Below are positions 49,031 to 59,223 of a stretch of 64,000 nt of DNA, one piece after another. The stretch lies in the NCBI GenBank assembly GCA_035624535.1, contig DASPRI010000030.1:3067-67066 (forward strand), in the 5' to 3' direction. A model generated the notes under the pieces. It searched no databases. It was not told the DNA's origin and saw only the letters and a program-made list of their open reading frames with translations. The position numbers and the translations under genes were made by a program. Position 1 is the stretch's first letter, and every line of letters starts with the position of its first letter. This DNA is from Burkholderiales bacterium. GTDB taxonomy: Bacteria > Pseudomonadota > Gammaproteobacteria > Burkholderiales > JAHFRG01.

Positions 49031-51584
49031 TCACGATTTCCTGACTTGCCATGCATTGCCTAAGCGCTTGGGCCATTTCAGTACCCGTCTGATAGCGCTG
49101 CTCTACTTGCTTTGCCAAAGCTTTGTAAATGATGGCGACTAGACATTCAGGTAGCCCAGGCTTAATGCTGCGAATATCGGCGGGTTGCTCGTTGGCGATT
49201 TTGAACATGAGTTGGGCCATGGATTCGCCCACAAATGGCAATTTTCCGCAAGCCAGCTGATAGAGGCTCACTCCCAACGAAAACAAATCGGAGCGACCAT
49301 CGATTTTTTTCCCGGCTAACTGCTCTGGAGACATGTACGAAGGCGTGCCAAGCACCATGCCGGTTTTGGTTTTGCTGGAATCCGTTATACGGGCAATGCC
49401 AAAGTCAGTTACTTTCAGCGTGTCGCTTGCCGGCTCATACATCATGTTCGCCGGCTTGATGTCGCGGTGAACGACGTTGTGCGTATGCGCGTACGACAGA
49501 GCATCGGCAATCCTGGCCACAATGCTCATCACCTTGAGAGGCGGCAGAAGATTGTCCGGCTTGGTGTGAGATACCAAATCTTTGCCCTGCAAAAACTCCA
49601 TTGCGATGTAGGCCAAGTCGTGTTCTTCCCCGGCGTCGAATATGGTGACAATATTCGGATGGTTGAGGCGCCCGGCAGTTTCCGCTTCGCGGAAAAAGCG
49701 CGCTTTCACCTCTTGCAGTTCATCGGCATCAAATTCCTGCGCAAGCGCCAAGGTTTTGATCGCGACTACGCGGCTGATCTTGGGGTCCTTGCCTAAATAC
49801 ACCACACCCATCGCTCCCTTGCCCAGTTCTTTTTCCACCTGATAGCGGCCGAGCATCGGTTTTTCCACCTGTGCGCCTTCGACTACCAAAGCGCCGCCGG
49901 GGTGGCTTGCGCCAGCACCGCCAAGAATTACCGTTTCCGACATCTGCCTGGCGCGCGCAAGCTTCTGTGCCAAGTCCCGGTACTTGGGATTGTACTCATT
50001 CATGTGTCGGTACACCGATTCCGCCTTGTTGAATTGACGCTTGCGCTCGAAATCCAGCGCTAGGTTATACAAAAGGTCCATTACGCCGTCGTCGAGTCGA
50101 AGTTTGCGGAATTTGTCAAACGCCATGTCGAGCTGACCCTGTCCCTGAAACGCCAGCCCGAGCATACGGTTTGATTCCGCCGATTCGGCTTCGGATTTCT
50201 CCTTGCCCTTTTCGGTCACCAAGAAACGCTTGGTGGTGAGCAGTAGATGGCCAATCAAAAGCAGAGTCGCTGGCAGCATCAGCTTCAACCAGGTCGTCTT
50301 GCCGACCATGAGCGCAAATTGCGTGCCGAGCAGGACAGCTAACAGGGAAAAGGTGATGAACGCCGCCGTCCCGGCCTTCAGTCTGGGAAGAAGCAAGATT
50401 AAATAGAGCGCAACTAGCAGATAACTGATCCTCTCGACCCACGGTCCCCAGGTCGGGACGATAAAGAAATCCTCTTGCAGAATGCTCGACACCGAATGCG
50501 CGAGTGTAAGCACCGGCGCCATGGTCGGCGAGATAGGCGTAACTTGCATAGCTCCCACCCCGGCCGCGGTGGCTCCAATAAGCACAATCTTGTCGCGGTA
50601 CTTGTCTGCGGGAATCTTGCCCGTATAAACGTCATAAAATGAATCCACCGGAAACGCTGGCCGGTTATCACGATCCTTATAAAAGTAGACATACATTTGC
50701 AGGTTAGGGTCGGTAGCGATTTTCAGTTTGCCGAGATTGACCCCTTCACCGGGGCGTATCACGATGTCGCTAGGCTGGAGGTTAAGACTTTTCGCCGCCA
50801 GCATCAGCGAAAGTGAAGGGAAATATTTGTCGTAGTAGCCGAGCACCAGCGGCTCGGTGCGCACACCCCCATCCACATCCGGATTGACATTTAGGTGCCC
50901 GATCCCAGCGGCATTTGCGCCGAACTCGGCAAGAGGAGCGATCAGAATGCTCGTCGTGGGAAAAGGAAGCATGTCATCCGAAGCCGCGGCCAAGTTATTT
51001 TCGCCGTTGGAAAGTTCGTTCTTGGCTATAAACTCGGGCAGCGGGTGGTCGGGCTTGCCGACGGGCTCCCCAAGCTGAAACAGCATGGCGAGCAACACGT
51101 TTTTCGCCTTTTGTATGCTCTCCTCGAGTTGGCGATCGGTGTTGAGGCGCTGCTCTGCTTCTTTGAGCAAGTCGCCCATCTGGGAGATTGCCTGTTGCGC
51201 AGTCGGTTCCTCGAGATTGGTCAAACCCGAATTCGCGTACAGCTGTGTAAGCTTGTTGATGTATTCCAGCCCAGGATCAACTTGCGGCTCGGAAAAAAAT
51301 ACTGTGTAGCCGATGACCTTGACGTTGGCGCCGGCAAGGAGGTCAATCATTTTTGCGTGTACTTCACGCGACCACGGCCAGCGCCCAATGTTGTCGATGC
51401 TTTGATCGTCGATCGCGATCACCGCGATTTTCTGGTTGGGAACGCGTGACGATGCCTTGACCCCAAGATCATATGCCTTGCGTTCTAGGCTTTGAATCAG
51501 ATCCCCGCCGCCCATGAAAAATAGCACCACGGCGACGATCAGCACCAGGAACCAATCAGCTTTCCAGAATGCGCTTTTTTTCAT
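49017..51584 (-). CDS. CHASE2 sensor-domain Ser/Thr protein kinase (Hanks type)
   Basis: 855 aa. It has an N-terminal transmembrane helix, a CHASE2-like region (VIAIDDQSIDNIGRWPWSRE), transmembrane helices and a TPR-like linker. The kinase domain follows (GKGAMGVVYLG, AIK, HRDIKPANMM, DFGIAR, GTPSYMSPEQ). Confidence 0.9.
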   Translation of the reverse strand: MKKSAFWKADWFLVLIVAVVLFFMGGGDLIQSLERKAYDLGVKASSRVPNQKIAVIAIDDQSIDNIGRWPWSREVHAKMIDLLAGANVKVIGYTVFFSEPQVDPGLEYINKLTQLYANSGLTNLEEPTAQQAISQMGDLLKEAEQRLNTDRQLEESIQKAKNVLLAMLFQLGEPVGKPDHPLPEFIAKNELSNGENNLAAASDDMLPFPTTSILIAPLAEFGANAAGIGHLNVNPDVDGGVRTEPLVLGYYDKYFPSLSLMLAAKSLNLQPSDIVIRPGEGVNLGKLKIATDPNLQMYVYFYKDRDNRPAFPVDSFYDVYTGKIPADKYRDKIVLIGATAAGVGAMQVTPISPTMAPVLTLAHSVSSILQEDFFIVPTWGPWVERISYLLVALYLILLLPRLKAGTAAFITFSLLAVLLGTQFALMVGKTTWLKLMLPATLLLIGHLLLTTKRFLVTEKGKEKSEAESAESNRMLGLAFQGQGQLDMAFDKFRKLRLDDGVMDLLYNLALDFERKRQFNKAESVYRHMNEYNPKYRDLAQKLARARQMSETVILGGAGASHPGGALVVEGAQVEKPMLGRYQVEKELGKGAMGVVYLGKDPKISRVVAIKTLALAQEFDADELQEVKARFFREAETAGRLNHPNIVTIFDAGEEHDLAYIAMEFLQGKDLVSHTKPDNLLPPLKVMSIVARIADALSYAHTHNVVHRDIKPANMMYEPASDTLKVTDFGIARITDSSKTKTGMVLGTPSYMSPEQLAGKKIDGRSDLFSLGVSLYQLACGKLPFVGESMAQLMFKIANEQPADIRSIKPGLPECLVAIIYKALAKQVEQRYQTGTEMAQALRQCMASQEIVNVGA

Positions 51585-51802
51585 CCCTGAACTCTGAATT
51601 TATTTTTTTGCAGGTGAAATTTCAAATTTTATTTTACGCATTTTATGATATTCATTTGTAAAGCACGCTTTTTTTTGCATCTTCCAGCTCCCCCAGACGC
51701 AGCTAGGCCGGATCCACCTTGGGAAATTTATAACCGAGCTCACTCACCATGCCGCCACGGTAAAACCCAATGAAATCAACCACTAATCAAGACCTGCGGC
51801 GA

Positions 51803-52486
51803 TCAAGCTTTGTGTTGAAGCGTGTTAAGCCATTTGCCCGTCGCCACAACGAAAAAAGCGCCCGTGATCGGCACAATCAAATTCAAAACATTCGCATAAT
51901 TATTTATCCAGTTAATCGTCAACGGGTCGCTCACCAACATTTCCCCGGCAATGTAGCCTAGAAGCGCGGCACCCAGCGTAATGATTACCGGGAAGCGCTG
52001 CATCAGCTTGAGAATCAGAGTGCTGCCAAAAATAATCAGCGGAATGCTTATGGCTAGCCCGAGTATCAGCAGGATAATATTGCCTTTGGCGGCTGCCGCG
52101 ACGCCAATCACGTTATCCAGGCTCATCACTAGGTCAGCAAGCACGATGATTTTTATGGCGGAAAACAAATGATTGCTTCCTTGAATGCCATTTCCATCTT
52201 CTTTGCCAGGAAGCAGCAGTTTCACCGCAATCCAAAACAATAGCAGGCTGCCAATGATCTTGAGCGATGGCAGCTTCAGGAGTTCTACCGCGAACACCGT
52301 GAGAATCACTCGCGCCACGATGGCTGCGACGCTGCCCCAAATGATCGCCTGTTTCTGCCGCCTGCCATGCAATGAACGCGCAGCAAGCGCAATCACCACC
52401 GCGTTGTCGCCCGAGAGCAGGATATTTACGCCGATGATTTCGAGCAACCCGATCCAGAATTCCGGGCTGCCCAACATCATGATCAC
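51803..52486 (-). CDS. TerC-family integral membrane protein
   Basis: 227 aa with the duplicated LSGDNAVVIALA / MSLDNVIGVAAAA motifs characteristic of TerC/YjbE-type proteins. Confidence 0.85.
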   Translation of the reverse strand: MIMMLGSPEFWIGLLEIIGVNILLSGDNAVVIALAARSLHGRRQKQAIIWGSVAAIVARVILTVFAVELLKLPSLKIIGSLLLFWIAVKLLLPGKEDGNGIQGSNHLFSAIKIIVLADLVMSLDNVIGVAAAAKGNIILLILGLAISIPLIIFGSTLILKLMQRFPVIITLGAALLGYIAGEMLVSDPLTINWINNYANVLNLIVPITGAFFVVATGKWLNTLQHKA

Positions 52487-52501
52487 GTTTTCCTTGTCGC
52501 C

Positions 52502-54178
52502 CTAAAATAATCCTACAACTTTGCCGTCGTCGTTGAGATCGATTTTCTCCGCCGCCGGCACCTTGGGCAATCCGGGCATGGTCATGATGTCTCCGCAAAT
52601 CATCACCACGAATTCAGCGCCGGCGGAGAGCCGCACTTCTCGGATGTTCACTACATAACCGGAAGGCGCCGCACGCAATCTGGCATCGGCGGAAAACGAG
52701 TATTGCGTCTTGGCGACGCACACTGGATAGTGGCCATAACCATCATCTTGCAGCTTCTGGATCTGCCCGCGCACCTTGGCGTCTGCGGTGATATCCGCCG
52801 CGCCGTAAATCTTGGTGGCGATTGCTTTCATCTTGTCCCACAGTGGAGCCGATTCCTCGTAAACAAATTTGCCGCCTGCTGGCATCTTGTCGACGATGCC
52901 TGCCACGGTGCGCGCCAGTTCTTCCGCCCCCTTGCCGCCTTCTGCCCAGTGAGTCGCGAGCACCACCGGCGTTTGGCTTGCCGCCATTTTCTTTCTAAGG
53001 AGCTCGATCTCCGCATCGGTATCAAAAGTGAAATGGTTGATGGAAACGATACAAGGCAAGCCATAATGGTTGCGCACATTGCTCACATGCCGCTCCAGGT
53101 TGGCGATTCCTTTATCCAGTGCCGGAAGGTTTTCCTTGTTGATTTCTTTCAAATCGACTCCGCCGTGATATTTAAGTGCGCGCATGGTTGCGACAAGCAC
53201 CACTGCCGAGGGGCGTAAACCTGCCTTGCGGCACTTGATGTCAACGAATTTTTCCGCACCCAGATCGGCGCCAAATCCAGCCTCGGTCACCACGTAATCC
53301 GCGAGCTTCAGAGCGGTTTTGGTGGCGATTACCGAATTGCAACCGTGAGCTATATTCGCAAACGGTCCGCCGTGGATGAAAGCAGGATTGTTCTCCAGCG
53401 TCTGCACCAGGTTTGGTTGCAGTGCGTCCTTGAGCAGCACCGTCATTGCACCGTCCACCTTGAGTTGGCGGGCTGTCACCGGTTTCTGCTCGCGCGTATA
53501 GCCAACAACGATGTTACCCAAGCGATTTTTCAAATCCTTTAGCGAGGTGGCAAGACAGAATATTGCCATCACTTCGGACGCCACCACGATGTCAAATCCG
53601 TCCTGGCGTGGATAACCGTTACCGGTCCCGCCCAGCGAAATCACAATTTCGCGCAGCGCCCGATCATTCATATCCACCACGCGCCGCCAAGTAATGCGCC
53701 GTACATCCAGGTCGAGCGCGTTACCGTGATGAACGTGATTGTCGACTGCCGCAGCGAGCAGGTTGTTGGCCAGCCCGACCGCGTTGAAGTCGCCGGTGAA
53801 ATGCAAATTGATGTCCTCCATCGGCACCACCTGTGCGTAGCCGCCGCCCGCAGCGCCGCCTTTTATGCCGAATACTGGCCCAAGACTTGGCTCGCGTATG
53901 CACAGCACAGCCCTTTTGCCAATGCGGTTCAGGGCATCGCACAATCCGACAGTGGTGGTGGTTTTTCCTTCACCGGCAGGGGTAGGAGTAATGGCTGTAA
54001 CCAGAATCAGCTTTCCGTCTGGCCTGTTTTTGATACTGTCAACGAAATCCAGCGATAACTTGGCCTTGTAATGGCCGTACGGTTCCAGATACTGTTCGTC
54101 TATCCCAAGCTTGTCTTTCGCCAGCTTGGATATGCGCAGCATTTTCGCTTTTTGTGCGATTTCAATATCAGTCAGCAT
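52502..54178 (-). CDS. fhs: Formate--tetrahydrofolate ligase
   Basis: 558 aa beginning MLTDIEIAQ, with the P-loop [14 protein letters not shown] and the family-typical [11 protein letters not shown]. Confidence 0.95.
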   Translation of the reverse strand: MLTDIEIAQKAKMLRISKLAKDKLGIDEQYLEPYGHYKAKLSLDFVDSIKNRPDGKLILVTAITPTPAGEGKTTTTVGLCDALNRIGKRAVLCIREPSLGPVFGIKGGAAGGGYAQVVPMEDINLHFTGDFNAVGLANNLLAAAVDNHVHHGNALDLDVRRITWRRVVDMNDRALREIVISLGGTGNGYPRQDGFDIVVASEVMAIFCLATSLKDLKNRLGNIVVGYTREQKPVTARQLKVDGAMTVLLKDALQPNLVQTLENNPAFIHGGPFANIAHGCNSVIATKTALKLADYVVTEAGFGADLGAEKFVDIKCRKAGLRPSAVVLVATMRALKYHGGVDLKEINKENLPALDKGIANLERHVSNVRNHYGLPCIVSINHFTFDTDAEIELLRKKMAASQTPVVLATHWAEGGKGAEELARTVAGIVDKMPAGGKFVYEESAPLWDKMKAIATKIYGAADITADAKVRGQIQKLQDDGYGHYPVCVAKTQYSFSADARLRAAPSGYVVNIREVRLSAGAEFVVMICGDIMTMPGLPKVPAAEKIDLNDDGKVVGLF

Positions 54179-54309
54179 ATCGGGTCCCCCTTTTTGAACA
54201 ATTATCGTCTTGCACCGTGCGCGTACGGTGAGATGATCTGCCGCGCGCTCCCGTTATTTCGCCTAGGCCAGTTTGAGGCTAGCGCGACCTCGGTCGAGTC
54301 ACCGGCGAA

Positions 54310-57114
54310 TTATGAAGCGAGCATCTGTCCGCCGCCGAAACTTGAGTGCTTAGGCTTCCGGCCGCCCCGCTTTACCCTGACCGCACAGTACTTGAATTCT
54401 GGTATTTTTCCGACAGGGTCGAGCACCGGATTCGTCAGCAGATTTGCCGCCGCTTCATAGAAACAAAAAGGAATAAACACGGCGCCCTGCGGGGTACCGT
54501 CGTCGGCCCGCGCATAGAGCGAAATGTGTCCGCGCCGTGATTCCACAGTAATTACCTCGCCCGGTCGGGCGCCAATTGCGTCCAAGTCCAAAGGATGCAG
54601 CGAAGCCACCGGTTCGGGCTCAATAGCATCGAGCACGCCTGCGCGACGTGTCATGCTGCCGGTATGCCAGTGTTCGAGCTGTCTGCCGGTAATCAACACC
54701 AGCGGAAACTCGTTATCCGGCCGTTCGTTGGCCGGGATGATATCCGCTGGAACAAATCGCCCGCGACCACTTTGCGTCGGGAAGCTATCGGTAAATACCA
54801 CCTGCTCGCCGGGGTCGCCTTCGTGCTCGCATGGATAGGTCACCGAGCCCTCTAACTCAAGCCGCTCCCATGTGATGCCTGCTATGGAAGGCATTGCCTT
54901 GCGCATTTCATTGAAAACACCGCGCGGCCCTTCCGGATAATCCCACTTCAGCCCCATGCGCCGCGCGATTTCCTGGATGATCCATAGATCATGCTTTGCC
55001 TCGCCCGGAAGGGCTAATGCCTGCCGACCGAGCTGTACCATCCTGTCCGTATTAGTGACCGTGCCGGTTTTTTCTGGCCACGCCGACGCCGGCAGGACGA
55101 TGTCGGCGAGGTAAGCCGTTTCCGTCAAGAATATTTCCTGCACCACTAGCCAGTCGAGTTCCGCCAGCGCTTCTCGCACATGGCCCAGGTCAGGATCGGA
55201 CATCGCCGGGTTCTCGCCCATGACATACATGCCGCGGATTTTTCCAGCGCGAGCCGCGTTCATGATTTCCACCACCGTTAAGCCGGGATTAGGATCGAGT
55301 TTCGATCCCCATAGTTCCTCAAAAAAGGCTTGCGAGTTTTCGCTGCCGACTCGCTGGTAATCCGGATACATCATTGGAATCAAACCCGAGTCGGATGCAC
55401 CTTGCACATTGTTCTGCCCGCGCAGCGGATGCAGTCCGGTGCCGGGCCGCCCCACCTGCCCGGTAAGCATCGCCAGCGCAATCAGACAGCGGGCATTATC
55501 GGTGCCATGCACATGCTGCGAAATTCCCATGCCCCAGAATATCATGGATCCTTTTGAACTCGCGTAAAGCCTCGCCACCTCCTTAATGGTGGGCGCGGGA
55601 ACACCGCAGATCGGTGCCATGGCTTCCGGGCTGTAGCCTTCAACGTTTTTCTTCAGTTCCTCGAAGCCGCTGGTGCGGTTATCGATGAATTCCTGCTTTG
55701 CCATCCCTTCGTGAATGATGGTGTGCATCATCGCATTCAACAGAGCAACGTCAGTATCCGGCTTAAACTGCAGAAAGTAAGTCGCGTGCCGGGAAAGATC
55801 CGAACGCCGCGGGTCGGCGACTACCAATTTCACCCCTTTCCTCACTGCATTCTTGATCCACGTAGCTGCCACCGGGTGATTAACCGTGGGGTTGGCGCCA
55901 ATCACGAGAACGACTTCCGCTTTCAATACATCGCTGACTTGATTCGACACGGCTCCCGAGCCGATACCCTCGAGCAATGCAGCAACGCTGGAGGCATGGC
56001 ACAAGCGGGTACAGTGGTCCACATTATTGCTACCGAAGCCGGTGCGTACCAATTTCTGGAATAAGTAGGCTTCTTCGTTTGTGCCCTTGGCAGAACCGAA
56101 ACCGGCAAGCGCGTGCGGCCCATGCTGGTCGCGGATTTTTTTCAGATTACCTGCCGCAAGATCGAGCGCCTCTTCCCAGCTTGCTTCACGGAATACCTTG
56201 AGTGCCTCATCGGGATCCACCACGAAGTCGGCGGCTTTGCTAACACCCGGCTTGCGAATCAGCGGTTTGATTAGCCGTTGCTTATGGCTCACATAATCGA
56301 TGCCATAACGGCCTTTCACGCATAAACGGCCATGGTTCGCGGGTCCGTCGCGCCCTTGCACGTAAAGAATTTTGTTCTCCCTGATGTGGTAGGTAAGCTG
56401 GCAACCGACACCACAGTAAGGGCAAACCGAATCCATAACCTTTTCCGGCAAGAGCAATCCTACACTCCGAGCCGGCATGAGCGCGCCGGTAGGACAGGCC
56501 TGGACGCATTCTCCGCATGCCACGCAGGTACTTTGGCCCATAGGATCGTCAAGGTCGAACACAATCTTGGAATGTTCGCCACGAAGTGCATAGCCGATGA
56601 CATCGTTGACCTGTTCCTCGCGACAGGCACGCACGCAGCGCGTACATTGAATGCATGCATCGAGATTGACTGCTATGGCGGGGTGCGAAACATCTGCGGC
56701 GGGTTGCCGGCGCGGGCTGAAGCGGGGCTTTCCGACTTTGAGTTTTCTTGCCCATAAGTCAAGCTCGGAACTGAGGGTATAGGAATGCAGCGGCATGTCG
56801 GCAAGGAGCAATTCCAGCACCATCTTCTGGGACGCTCGCGCTCGCGGGTTATCGGAATATACCTCCATCCCTTTATTGGGAGTACGGCAGCAGGAAGGCG
56901 CCAAAACCCGTTCACCCTTGATTTCGACCATACAGACGCGGCAGTTGCCATCCGGCCGCATACCACGCTTGTAACAAAGATGCGGAATTTCTACGCCATA
57001 ACGCCTGGCTGTTTCAAAAATGGTTTCATTGCTGAAACCGGTGACGGATTTGCCGTTCAACCTGAACTCGATTACGTCAGGTTTCAGGGACAATGTCACT
57101 GGAGCATTCATCAA
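54310..57114 (-). CDS. fdsA: NAD-dependent formate dehydrogenase alpha subunit (molybdopterin, Fe-S rich)
   Basis: 934 aa. The N-terminal 2Fe-2S and multiple 4Fe-4S cysteine clusters are followed by a molybdopterin oxidoreductase body. The active-site region HCTRLCHASS carries Cys (no in-frame TGA). Confidence 0.9.
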   Translation of the reverse strand: MMNAPVTLSLKPDVIEFRLNGKSVTGFSNETIFETARRYGVEIPHLCYKRGMRPDGNCRVCMVEIKGERVLAPSCCRTPNKGMEVYSDNPRARASQKMVLELLLADMPLHSYTLSSELDLWARKLKVGKPRFSPRRQPAADVSHPAIAVNLDACIQCTRCVRACREEQVNDVIGYALRGEHSKIVFDLDDPMGQSTCVACGECVQACPTGALMPARSVGLLLPEKVMDSVCPYCGVGCQLTYHIRENKILYVQGRDGPANHGRLCVKGRYGIDYVSHKQRLIKPLIRKPGVSKAADFVVDPDEALKVFREASWEEALDLAAGNLKKIRDQHGPHALAGFGSAKGTNEEAYLFQKLVRTGFGSNNVDHCTRLCHASSVAALLEGIGSGAVSNQVSDVLKAEVVLVIGANPTVNHPVAATWIKNAVRKGVKLVVADPRRSDLSRHATYFLQFKPDTDVALLNAMMHTIIHEGMAKQEFIDNRTSGFEELKKNVEGYSPEAMAPICGVPAPTIKEVARLYASSKGSMIFWGMGISQHVHGTDNARCLIALAMLTGQVGRPGTGLHPLRGQNNVQGASDSGLIPMMYPDYQRVGSENSQAFFEELWGSKLDPNPGLTVVEIMNAARAGKIRGMYVMGENPAMSDPDLGHVREALAELDWLVVQEIFLTETAYLADIVLPASAWPEKTGTVTNTDRMVQLGRQALALPGEAKHDLWIIQEIARRMGLKWDYPEGPRGVFNEMRKAMPSIAGITWERLELEGSVTYPCEHEGDPGEQVVFTDSFPTQSGRGRFVPADIIPANERPDNEFPLVLITGRQLEHWHTGSMTRRAGVLDAIEPEPVASLHPLDLDAIGARPGEVITVESRRGHISLYARADDGTPQGAVFIPFCFYEAAANLLTNPVLDPVGKIPEFKYCAVRVKRGGRKPKHSSFGGGQMLAS

Positions 57115-57165
57115 TTACCTCGTTGAAATTGCAGCAAATCCACAGCACTCAATCGACATCTTACT

Positions 57166-58848
57166 TCATTGAATTTCATGCGGAAAGTACTTGATCACGC
57201 AGCGCACGGGATTGGGCGCTGCCTGGCCAAGCCCGCAAATTGAGGCATCAGCCATTGCGGTCGAAAGTTCCTCGAGCAGCGTTTTGTCCCATTTCGTTTG
57301 TTCCATCAGTCTCAGCGCCTTAGCAGTACCGACTCGACACGGAGTGCACTGACCACACGATTCGTCGGAAAAAAACTTCATCACGTTGCGCGCCGCCGCC
57401 ACGGCGCCATCCTTGTCCGACAAAACAATCACCGCCGCGGAACCGATAAAACAGCCATATTCATTGAGCGTATCGAAATCCAACGGAATATCGCCTAGGG
57501 ACGCGGGAAGAATGCCGCCCGACGCCCCACCGGGAAGATAAGCATAAAAATCGTGGCCGCGCTGCATTCCACCGCAGAACTCATTGATCAGCTCGCGCGC
57601 CGTAATTCCAGCGGGTGCTAGATGCACACCGGGTATTTGCACGCGCCCGGACACCGAGAATGAGCGCAGACCTTTACGTCCGTGGCGGCCGTGGGATGTA
57701 AACCATTCGGCGCCTTTTTCCAGAATGTCGCGAACCCAATAAAGTGTTTCCATGTTGTGCTCAAGCGTCGGCCTGTTGAATAATCCCACTTGAGCAACGT
57801 AGGGCGGGCGCAATCGCGGCATGCCGCGCTTGCCTTCCATCGATTCAATCATCGCGGACTCTTCGCCGCAAATGTAGGCTCCCGCGCCGCGCCGCAAATG
57901 CATCTTAGGCAGCTGGCACGGAGGATCTGCAACCAAACTCGCGATTTCCCTGGTGAGAATTTCGCGGCAGCCGGCGTATTCGTCCCGCAGGTAAATATAA
58001 ATTTCATGACTGTCGACCGCCCACGCCGCAATCAGCATCCCTTCGAGGAAGCGATGTGGATCTTTCTCCAAATAATAGCGATCCTTAAATGTGCCGGGCT
58101 CGCCTTCGTCGACGTTTACCGCCAGCAGACGCGGCGCTGATTCTCCCCTGACGATGCGCCATTTGCGACCCGCCGGAAAACCCGCGCCGCCCAAACCGCG
58201 CAAGCCGGAATCTTCCATGATTTTAATCACCGAATCGCTTTGATGATTTCCATTTACGCAATCGCTCAAAAATCGATAACCGCCGTGCTTGCGATACTCT
58301 TGATAGCCGAGGTAGGCCGGGATATCGCATCGTACGGCCTTCGCTGCTATCAAAGATTGCACTTCTTTCACTTCAGCATGTGCGACCGGATTTTGCCCCA
58401 CTACCGCCACTGGGGCCTGTTCACAGCGTCCAACGCAGGGTGCGGGTACCACTCTAACTTCTGGACCAAGCGCGCGCTTGAGGCCGAAAATCAGTTGCCG
58501 AGCACCGGCCAGTTCACAGGAAAGCGAATCGCATACGCGAACAGTCAATGCCGGCGGCGCCTGTTCTCCTTCTTTGATGACGTCGAAATGATGATAAAAG
58601 GTGGCCACTTCATAAACTTCAGTCATCGCCAGTTTCATCTCCGATGCCAGCGCCACAATATGCTGGGAAGAGATATGGCCATACCGATCTTGGATTTTGT
58701 GCAAATGTTCTAGCAGCAGGTCGCGGTTGCGCGATTCATTTCCGAGCAGCAGCTGCACTTCCGCTAGCGCGTCCGAATCTACAATTCGGCCCTTGGGCGC
58801 AGACCGTACGCCCTTCTGTTTCATTCTCCCCGGTTCGTTTCCCGACAC
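57166..58848 (-). CDS. fdsB: Formate dehydrogenase diaphorase subunit, fused FdsG(NuoE-like)-FdsB(NuoF-like)
   Basis: 560 aa. The N-terminal region is a thioredoxin-like 2Fe-2S module (CDSLSC...CVGRC). It is followed by NuoF-like motifs GLGGAGFPAGRKW, YICGEESAMIES and ESCGQCTPCR. GTG start; an internal ATG 8 codons downstream is also possible. Confidence 0.85.
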   Translation of the reverse strand: MSGNEPGRMKQKGVRSAPKGRIVDSDALAEVQLLLGNESRNRDLLLEHLHKIQDRYGHISSQHIVALASEMKLAMTEVYEVATFYHHFDVIKEGEQAPPALTVRVCDSLSCELAGARQLIFGLKRALGPEVRVVPAPCVGRCEQAPVAVVGQNPVAHAEVKEVQSLIAAKAVRCDIPAYLGYQEYRKHGGYRFLSDCVNGNHQSDSVIKIMEDSGLRGLGGAGFPAGRKWRIVRGESAPRLLAVNVDEGEPGTFKDRYYLEKDPHRFLEGMLIAAWAVDSHEIYIYLRDEYAGCREILTREIASLVADPPCQLPKMHLRRGAGAYICGEESAMIESMEGKRGMPRLRPPYVAQVGLFNRPTLEHNMETLYWVRDILEKGAEWFTSHGRHGRKGLRSFSVSGRVQIPGVHLAPAGITARELINEFCGGMQRGHDFYAYLPGGASGGILPASLGDIPLDFDTLNEYGCFIGSAAVIVLSDKDGAVAAARNVMKFFSDESCGQCTPCRVGTAKALRLMEQTKWDKTLLEELSTAMADASICGLGQAAPNPVRCVIKYFPHEIQ

Positions 58849-59223
58849 TAAAATCCCTCTCGATGTGCTTCAGTTTCGCGCAGCGTTAACGTCTATCCAG
58901 TGATTCAGGCACTGTTGGCAAAACTCTACAAATATTGTTCAGCTTGCGAGGGCTGGCAGCAGCTGCAAGCGCAGACCGATGTAAATCTCAGTCCAAAAAT
59001 GGACCACCGGTCGCAAGGCTTGCGTACACGATCATTAGAAACCGGCAGGGGCTCAAGGTTCTGATGTCTAATTGGCGCAAAACATTTTGAAGACGGTTGA
59101 GCTTCTGTTACACGCGTATTTTAAATGCTCGCCCGTTGCCGCAACGCTGCAGGTGCCTTCAGTTGCGCAGCATTTTACCACGATTGGCCGGTAGCGTCGG
59201 CATGCTATCGGGTTTCGCGAACC

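Noticed and set aside
54310-57114. Possible selenocysteine (in-frame TGA) in the formate dehydrogenase alpha subunit.
   Set aside because: The ORF is uninterrupted and the active-site position is Cys (HCTRLCHASS). There is no SECIS-like context to evaluate.
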